DNA of 64,000 bases, from the NCBI GenBank assembly GCA_035716545.1, contig DASTJM010000047.1:2868-66867 (forward strand), given 5' to 3'. Made by a program: the position numbers and the translations under genes. Below the pieces are notes generated by a model, which was not told the DNA's origin, searched no databases, and worked only from the letters and a program-made list of their open reading frames with translations. Each line of letters begins with the position of its first letter. The stretch's first letter is position 1. Source of the stretch: Streptosporangiaceae bacterium. Its GTDB lineage: Bacteria > Actinomycetota > Actinomycetes > Streptosporangiales > Streptosporangiaceae. Below, one piece after another: positions 46,250 through 55,700 of the stretch.

Positions 46250-46765
46250 ATGAACCGGAATGGCAGGCTGCTGGCCTCGGCGGTCACGCTGACATGCCTG
46301 GTCGCGGCGGTCGTGACCTGGCTGGCGTGGCCGTCGGCACCCCCGGCCCCAGGGGCTGACCGCGTCAGGCAGTACGCCGACACGCGGGCCTGCCTGCTCA
46401 CCGGAGCGACCGGGATCACCGGCACGGCAGCCGCCGCCTGGTCGGGTTTGCAGAACGCCTCAACCTCGACCAGGGCAATGGTCTCCTACCTGGCCGTGCC
46501 AGGCCCGGCGACACGGGCGACCGCGCAGCCCTACCTGGCGAGCCTGGTCCAGCGCCAGTGCAGCGTCATCGTGGCAGTCGGCCAGGCCCAGGTCGCGGCG
46601 GCAACGACAGAAGCGGCCAAGTTCGGCAGCGTGCGCTTCATCGTGGTCGCCCCGCGAGCGGCCAGCGCGGCCGGCGCGGGCGTGGTCCGGATCTCCCCCT
46701 CGCCTTCCGCGCAGGTCCCTACGGCGGTCCAGGCGGCTGTCAGCACGGCTCTGCGCAATGGCTAG
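46250..46765 (+). CDS. membrane-anchored hypothetical protein (degenerate BMP/periplasmic-binding-like half-domain)
   Basis: ATG at 46250. TM LLASAVTLTCLVAAVVTWLAW, then ACLLTGATGI...CSVIVAVGQAQVAAATTEAAKFGSVRFIVV, reminiscent of BMP-family lobes. The stop overlaps or abuts the RHS gene start. Confidence 0.6.
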   Translation: MNRNGRLLASAVTLTCLVAAVVTWLAWPSAPPAPGADRVRQYADTRACLLTGATGITGTAAAAWSGLQNASTSTRAMVSYLAVPGPATRATAQPYLASLVQRQCSVIVAVGQAQVAAATTEAAKFGSVRFIVVAPRAASAAGAGVVRISPSPSAQVPTAVQAAVSTALRNG

Positions 46766-46790
46766 CAACACTGCAAGGAAGCGGGACACC

Positions 46791-49700
46791 ATGCGCACAC
46801 CCCTGGCCAAGCTCACGGTGATCGCGGTCGCCATCGCTACGGCGCTGCTCGCCTCGATCACGCCGGCGACCGCCGCCAGCACCCGGCACGCCAGCATCTC
46901 CTGGCCGGGCGTCGCCGGCTGGTGGGCGCAACTCCTGCACGGCCAGCCCAGGCTCGACCTGCCGCGGCAGCAGTCCGGCTCCGCCCGTGGCCTGCCGCAC
47001 CAGGTGCCGGCCTCGGCGACCAAAGCCGGCCCCGGCCACAGCCACGGCCATCACCCCGGCCGGGGCAAGGGCCAGCTGCCAGCCTTCAGATTGCACGGGC
47101 CCGTCCGCGCAAGCACAAAAACCAAGCCCTACACCGGGAACGGATCGCACAGCTTCAACCCGCGGACCTCTAGGCCGCTCATGGCCAAGGCAACCGCCAC
47201 CACCACCCTCTACCGCAACGCCGACGGAACCTACACCCGCCTCGCCTACACTCAGCCCACCAACTACCGAACCCCGGGCGGCTCCTGGCACGCCATCAAC
47301 ACCACCCTGGTCAAGACCACCTCGGGGCGGTTCAGGGAAGCCGCCAGCTCGACGGCGATCAGCCTCGCCTCCGGGGCTGCCAACAGCGCCCTGGTGTCGG
47401 TGAGCTACGGCCAGGGAGAGAAGGCGTCATACAGCTTGCTCGGTGCCGCCCCGTCGGCAGCCAGGCCCAGCAAGAACGCCTTGACCTACCCGCATGTGCT
47501 GCCGCACACCGACCTGGTCCTGTCGACCGTCGCGAGCGGCCTTGACGAGTCGCTGATCCTGCACTCTCCGGCGGCGCCGAACTCGTGGACCTTCCCGCTC
47601 AGCCTTACCGGCCTGACGCCGAGGCTGGCCGCTGACGGCGGCATCGACCTGCTGACGCAGGGGGGCAAAATCGCCGCGCGGATCCCGCCAGCGCACATGC
47701 AGGATGCCAGCTTCCAGCGGCGGTCGGGCAGTCACGCAACCTCGACCGCGATCACCTACCGCCTCGTCACTGCCGGCGGCAAGCAGGCGATCCAGATGAC
47801 GGCCAGCAAATCCTGGCTGGACAACCCGCGCCGGGCCTACCCGGTCATTGTCGACCCGAACTTCCAGGCATCCGGCACCACCTACGTGCAATCCGGGAGC
47901 CCGGGCGACTACTCGGCTTACGACGACACGATCGTCGGCACCTGGGACAACGGCGTCCAGATCGGCAACTCGTTCTTCGCGTTCGCCGGGCTCGGCTCGG
48001 CCCTGGCCGGCCAGCACATCTCGGCGGCGTCGCTGCACCTATTCGACTACTGGGCATCGACGTGCACGCCCGAGCCTTTTAACGTCGCGCCGGTCACCCA
48101 GTCCTGGTCGGTGACCGGCAGCAAGACCTATCCGGGACCGTCCCACGGCAGCTCGATCGGCTCGGTCACGATCACCCCGACGACCGCTGTCTGCGTCACG
48201 AACACCTCGGGTAACACGACCATCGGCCAGTGGGCCGTGGTCAACCTCTCCACCGCGACGTTCAACTCATGGACGACCGGCGGCGCCGACTACGGCCTCA
48301 TGGCCTACGCCGGGACGACAGGCAACCTGACCTGGAAGCGGTTCGACTCCGACAACACCTCGAACCCGCCATACCTGGCGCTGACCTATACCCCGGACGT
48401 GGCGCCGCAGGTCAACTCGCAGTATCCGGCCAGCAACTACCAATCGCCCACGCTCACCCCCGAGCTGATCGCCTCGGGCAGCGACGCGGACAACTGGCCG
48501 AGCGCGCTCAAATACGTCTTCACCGTCTACACGCCGGCCGGCACGCAGGTCGCGACCTCGGGCAACATCTCGGCGAACCACTGGTCGGTGCCCGCGGGCA
48601 AACTCTCCTGGGGCCAGACCTACTACTGGACGGTTCAGGACTACGACGGGTTCGACTACTCGAACGCGGTCAACGCCAGCTACTTCACGACGCAGGTGCC
48701 GCAACCGCTGATCACCGGGGCCCTGGCGCAGAACTCCGACGGCCACGGCTTCGACCAGAACGTCGGCAACTATACGACCTCGCAGACCGACGCCAGCGTG
48801 CAGACGGCCGGGCCGTCGCTCTCGGTGGTGCGCGACTACAACAGCCTCGACCCGCGCATCTCGGGGGCCTTCGGGGCCGGCTGGTCGAGCCTGTACGACA
48901 TGAAGGCCACTGAGGTCGATGACTCCTCCGGGGCCGTTACCAGCGTGGTCATCACCTACCCGGACGGCTCCGAGGTCGGGTTCGGTGACAACAACGGGAC
49001 GTTCACCCCGCCGCTCGGCCGGTACGCCACGCTCACGGCGCTGCCCAGCCATGGCGGGTACACGCTCACCGACAAGAACGACACCACCTACACCTTCACC
49101 CAGGCCGGCTCGTCGTCCAGCGTCTTCGACCTGTCCTCGATCTCCGACTACCTGGGTCATACCGAGACGTTCGCCTATACGGCCGGGCAGCTCGCCACCG
49201 TGACATCCGGGGTGTCAGGCCGTGCCCTGCACTTCACCTGGACGACGCCGGCTGGCGCGCAGTTCCCGCATGTGGCGAGCGTGTCCACGGACCCGGCGAC
49301 CACCGGCCAGCAGTCCTCCGCGCTGACCTGGACCTACAACTACTCCGGCGACGCACTGAGCGCGGTGTGCCCGCCTACGTCGCCTGCGGCGTGCGAGTCC
49401 TACTCGCAGGTGACCGGCTCCCACTTCCCGACCGCCGTCCTCGACGCCGGACCCGCCGCCTACTGGCGGCTTGACGACGCCTCGGGTACCACCGCGACCG
49501 ACACGGTCCTGGCCAGCGAGGGCGTCAACAACGCCACGTACTCGAACGTGACGCTCGGCCAGCCCGCGGCACTGCCCGGCTCGACAGCGACGACGGCGGC
49601 GTTCAACGGCACCTCTTCGTACCTGCAGCTGCCAGCGAACCTGACCAGCAACGCGAGCTTCCTGTCCGGCAGCTACCTGACCATCTCGCTATGGTTCAAG

Positions 49701-52700
49701 ACTTCCGCCGACAACGAAATGCTGTTCGGCTCGTCGAAAGACCCGCTCTCGGCGGGCAGCACTCCGGGGAATTATTCAGCCAATCTTTATGTCGGCTCTG
49801 ACGGGAAGCTCCTCGGCGAGCTCTACGGCAGCTCGGCCGCGATGTCATCGGCGTCCTCGGTCGCCAACGGGAGCTGGCACTATGTCGTGCTGACGGCCGC
49901 GGGCAACACCGAGTCCATGTACCTGGACGGCAGCCTGGCGGCCACTCAGGCGGTTCAGATCGGAGTCACCGGACAGCCCAATGTCTACGTCGGGGCCGGT
50001 TTCTTCGGCGGCAACTGGCCAGACGAATCGCATCACGAGCAGAGCGGCAATACCGGATACGCGTCGTATTTCAACGGCGCAATCTCCGACGTCGCGCTGT
50101 ACAACCACTACCTGACCGCGCCGCAGATCTCCGTGCTCTATGCGACCGGCCACTCGCCGGTCGGGCTGCTCAGCAAGCTCAGCACGCCGCTAGGCAACAC
50201 GCAGGCACAGATCAGCTACAACTCAGTCACTGACCGGGTGACCTCGGTCACCGACGTCAAGGGCGGCACGTGGACCCTCGGCGCCCCGGCCGTCGCCGGG
50301 TCATCACAGGTGTACAGGTCCGCGGTGCTTGGCGCGAACCCGGCGGGCTACTGGCGCCTGGCCGACCCTGGCACGCCGGCCCAGGCCGCCGACGAGGTGC
50401 TCGGCGGGCCGGCCAGCTATAGCTCGGTCACGCTCGGCGGGGCCGGGCCGTTCGCCGACGCGACCGCCGCGACGTTCAACGGCACAAGCTCGTACCTGCA
50501 GCTGCCGTCATCCGACGCGCCGGGCACCGGGCCGGCCTCGATCGGGCTGTGGTTCAAGATGACCTCGGGCAGCACGGCCGGCGGGGTGCTGTACGACTAC
50601 GAGAGCAATGCGGTCACCGACGCCGCGCAGCCGACCGGCCAGTGGGTGCCAGCGCTCTACGTGGACACCGCGGGCAAGCTGCGCGGCGGCTTCTGGAGTG
50701 GCAGCGGCGCCAACATCGCCTCGGCTTCGCCGGTCAACGACGGCAAGTGGCACTACGCGGTGCTGTCAGCCTCGCCGACGTCGCAGTCGCTGTACCTGGA
50801 CGGGACGCTGGCAGGCACGTCAGCGACGGCCCTGGCCGCCTCGTCGGGCAACTTCGTCTACGTCGGGGCCGGCGAGTCAGCTGGCTCCTGGCCTTCGCAC
50901 CCGGCTAACACCCGCGGTTACTTTCCTGGATCGATCGCCGAGGTGGCGTTCTACCACTCGCAGCTAAGCCAGGCGCAGGTCCTGGCGCAGATGGCAGCCG
51001 CGAAGTCGTCCGGCGGCCTGGCGCCAACCGAGACCATCAACGTCACCGACCCTGGCGGTCACACGCTCACTTACACCTACGACCCAGCGGAAGGCAACCG
51101 GCTGCTTTCCCAGGCCGACGGACTCGGGAACCGCACGAGCTACGGCTACGACACCTCCGGCTTCCTCTTCACCACGACGCAGCCGGATGGCAACGTGATC
51201 ACGACCGGGCACGACGTGCGCGGCAACCTGGTATCGCAGACAACCTGCCAGAACCAGGCCGCTAGCCAGTGCTCCACCGAGTACTACGCCTACTACCCGG
51301 ACGACACGTCCACGGCGCTGACGCCAGATCCGCGCAACGACCTGATCCTGACGATGCGCGACGGCCGGTCGGCGAGCGCGACCGACAACCGCTACCTCAC
51401 CAGCTACGCCTATAACGCTGCCGGGAACCAGACCTCGGCGACGACTCCCCCGGTGCCGGGCTTCCCTGATGGCCGCAGCACGACGATGACCTACACGACA
51501 CCGACCACGCCAGCGGTCGGAGGCGGTTCCGCGCCAGCCGGGCTGCTCCTGGCGACGACGACGCCTGGCGGCGGCACGGAGACCATCGGCTACTACGCCG
51601 ACGGCGACGTAGCGCAGGTCACGGACCCGGCAGGGGAGGTCACCAAGTACGGCTACGACGCCATCGGGCGGGTGACGTCCAAGACCGTCATATCGAACAG
51701 CTACCCGGCTGGACTGACGACGACCTACGCCTATAACGGCGCCGGGCAGGTGCTCACCGAGACCGATCCGGCCGTCACCGACCACGTCACGGGCGACATC
51801 CACACGCCGCAGACGACCAACGCCTACGACGCCGACGGGAACCTGACCTCGGTCACCGTCTCCGACCTGACCGGCGGTGACGCGCCTCGCACCACCAGCT
51901 ACACCTACAACAACCACGACCTCATGGCGTCCAAGACTGACGCGCTCGGCCACGTCACCTCGTTTACCTACGACGGGTACGGCAACCAGGCCAGCCAGAC
52001 CGACGCCAACGGCAATGTCACCGACTACGCCTACGACGCCGACGGGCACCTGCTGACGGTCACGCTGGCCGGGTACACCGCAGATCCGGCGGATCCGTCG
52101 GCGGCCGCGCCTCTCGTCGAGCAGTCCCGCGCGTACGACCCGGACGGGCGGCTGGCGTCCATCACCGACGCCATGGGCCGTTCCACGGTGTATACCTACA
52201 CCGATAACGGGCTCGTGGCGACGCTGACCCGGACTAACCCCGCGACCGGGCAGTCCTACGTCGAGCAGTCGAATACCTACGACGCCGCCGGCAACGTGAT
52301 CCGGCGTGTCACCGGCAACGGCACCGCGACCACGACCAATGTGGTCGACCCGGCGGACCGCATCACGTCGAGCACCTTCGACCCGGCCGGGCTCGACCGC
52401 ACCACGACGTACGCCTACAGCCCCGACGACTTCGTGCTCAACACCACGGTCAGCTCCGGCGGCACGGTGACGTCGGACGCCGATGTCACCAGGGACGCGC
52501 TTGGCCGGGTGACGTCGAGCACGGTGCACGACGACTCGGCCGGGCATCCGGCCGGCTGGTGGCCGCTGGCCGACGGCTCATCGGCATCGGCCGGCTCGCC
52601 GGCGTACGCGGCCGACAAGTCCGGCTCAGGGCGCACCGCCTACCTGTCCTCATCTGGCGTGAGCTGGACCTCTGGCGCGGCGGTGTTCAACGGGACTTCG

Positions 52701-55700
52701 GGGTCCGCGGGCACGGCCGGGCCTTCGGTGAGCACGACTTCGAGCTTCTCGGTCTCCGCGTGGGTGAATCTCGCATCCGCATCGGCCACCAGCTACGAAG
52801 ACGCCGTCTCGCAGGACGGCGTCAACGCCAGCGGGTTCGAGCTGCTGTACGCCGGGCCGGCTGGCGAGTGGTCGTTCGCCCGGGCCCAGTCCGACGTCGC
52901 GAACCGGACCACAGCCCAGGTGAATTCGGCCGGTGCGGCAGTGGCGGGCACCTGGACCCATCTGGTCGGCGTCTACGACTCGCCGGGATCGACGCTGACC
53001 TTGTACGTCAACGGGGTCAGCCAGGGCAGCACGCCCGCCGGATCGGCTCCGTGGCCGGCCGGCGGGCCTACCGAGATCGGGAGGGGCCTGTTCAACGGGT
53101 CGGCGTCTGATTTCTTCAACGGCTCGATCGCTGACGTGCAGGTGTATCAGCGGGTGCTGTCCGCTGCCGACGTCTCCTCGCTCTATGCCGGGGGCCGCTC
53201 GGGCGGTGCACTCGGCACGCGGTCGCGTACCACCACGTATGCGCTCGACCAGCGCGGGCTGCCGGTCTCGGTCACCGACCCCAACGGCAACACGACCAGC
53301 TACGTCTACGATGAGGCCGGCAAGCAAGCCCAGGTCACCGGGCCGCTGGTGAGCACCGAGTCCGCGGGTGGCGCTCCGGTGCTCACGCACCCGGTGACGA
53401 CGTACGGCTACGACACCTTCGGCGAGCATGTCACCACCGAAGACCCGGACGGCAACGTTACGACGGTCAACTACGACGCCGCCGGCCGGCCAGTCTCGAC
53501 CGTGCTGCCGTCATACACGCCGCCGGACAGCTCGGTGCCGATCGTCTCGACGGTGAGCAGGACCTACGATCCGATCGGCCAGCTCACGTCGGCGACCGAT
53601 CCGCTCGGCCACGTCACCTCGTACGCGTATGACCAGCTCGGCGACGTCGCGACGGTGACCCAGCCGGGCGGCGGCGTCACGCATTACACCTATGACACCG
53701 ATGGCGAGCAGCTATCGGCGACCGATCCGCTCGGCGCTCAGTCGGAAGCCACGTACGACTTGCTGGGCCGCGCGCTGACGAGTACGCAGATCGTCCGCCA
53801 GCCGACGCTGACCGCTGACACCACGACGAGCGCCTATGCCGATCCGGCAGGCTACCTGTCATCGGTCACCAGCCCTGCCGGCGTGACGACCAGCTACGCC
53901 TACGACGCGGCCGGCGAGACCACGTCGGTGACCGATGGCGCGGGGGACAAGACCACGTACGGCTACGACGCCATGGGCCGCCAGGTTCTGACGACGCTGC
54001 CGGACGGCACCGGCCAGCACGCCAGCTACGACGAAGCAGGCAACGCGGTCGCGACGAGCAGCGATGACGCGCTCGGTAACGTCCTGGCGCAGACCTCGTC
54101 GACGTTCGACCTGGGCGGCAACCCGACGTCGGCGACGGACGCGATGGGCAACACCACCACGTTCAGCTACAACGCTCTGGGCCTGCCCGCCCAGGAGATC
54201 CAGCCTGTCTCAGCGACCTCGTCGATCACCACCTCGTTCGGCTATGACGCGGCAGGCAACCTGACGCGCTACACCGACGGCAACGGCAACCCGACGATCT
54301 ACACCTACAACAGCTGGAACCTGCCCGAGTCGACGATCGTCCCCGCGACGGCGGCCGATCCCGGCCTGCCGGACCGCACGTTCACCACGGCGTACAACGC
54401 CGACGGCCAGCCGGTCACCCAGAGCTCGCCTGGCGGCGTGACCGTCACCAACAGCTACGACGCGCTCGGCGATGTCACCGGTCAGGCGGGGACCGGCGCC
54501 GACGCCCCGACTACCGCGCGCACCTTCGGCTACGACGCCGCCGGGGACCTGGTGTCCGCGAGCGCGCCTGGCGGCACCGACACCTTCACCTACGATGACC
54601 GCGGCTTGCTGCTCTCGGCATCCGGTCCGTCGGGCTCCTCGTCTTTCGGGTACAACGCGAACGGCCAGGAGACCTCACAGACCACGGCGGCGGGCACGTC
54701 GACCTACGGGTACGACGCCGCCGGGCGGCCAGCCACGCTTACCGACGCGACCACCGGCGCGACCCTGACGTACTCCTACAACTCTGACTCACTGGTCAGC
54801 TCGATCAGTTACGGCACGGGCGCCGCCAGCCAGGAGTTTGGCTATAACAGCCTGCACGAGCTGACGTCCGACACGCTCACCGCGCCCGGCGGCGGCACCG
54901 AGGCATCGATCAGCTACGGCTACAACCTCGACGGCGACGAAACGTCCAAGACCACCACTGGCTTCGCCGGGGCCTTCGCCAGCACCTATACCTACGACGA
55001 CGCCGGCCGGCTCACGTCCTGGAACAACGGCACGGCCACCGTCAGCTATGGTTACGACGCCGACGGCAACCGCACCCAGGTCGGAGCTAGCACCTTCAGC
55101 TACGACGCCAGGGACGAGCTGCTGTCGGGCGGCGGCGCGACCTATGCCTACACGCCGCGCGGCACGCTTGCCTCGGTCACCACGCCGTCCGGCACGGCGA
55201 ACTCCGCGTTTGACGCCTTCGGCGAGCTGATCAGCCAGGGTGCACAGCAGTTCAGCTACGACGCGCTCGGCCGCGTGATCTCCGGCCAGGGTGCCGCCTT
55301 CGCGTACTCGGGCACGTCGAACAACGTCGCCGCGGACGGGTCCTACAGCTACAGCCGCGATCCTTCCGGCGGCCTGATCGGCGTCGCGCCGGGAACAGGC
55401 GCCGGCCTCTCGCACTCGGCCGCGGTGCTCGCCCTGACCGATCAGCACAGCGATGTGGTCGGTGAATTCACCGCCTCGGGAACCGCGCTTTCGGGGTCTG
55501 CGTCATATGACCCGCTCGGCGGCGTGACAGCCTCAGCCAGCCAACTCGGCAACCTCGGCTACCAGTCTGGCTGGACCGACCCGGTGACCGCCAACGTGAA
55601 CATGGGCTCGCGCTGGTACGACCCGGCCACCGGCCAGTTCATCAGCAGGGACGCCTCGGCCAACAGCGCGATACCCGACCCGGTCAGCGCGAACACCTTC

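Noticed and set aside
46758-46790. The upstream ATG at 46758 as the RHS start, as in the ORF track.
   Set aside because: ATG 46791 is preceded by AAGGAAG at good spacing. It begins a textbook signal peptide (MRTPLAKLTVIAVAIA...). The extra 11 residues (MASNTARKRDT) are possible but less likely.
50964-52547. Long antisense or overlapping ORFs. Examples: 50964-52547 (-), 62384-63418 (-), 61163-62122 (-), 24496-25566 (+), 3685-4587 (-), 15402-16234 (-), 23292-24161 (-), 9124-9801 (-).
   Set aside because: These are typical high-GC shadow ORFs. Their translations are Arg/Pro/Gly-rich low complexity. Each fully overlaps a gene with clear domain content on the other strand or in another frame.
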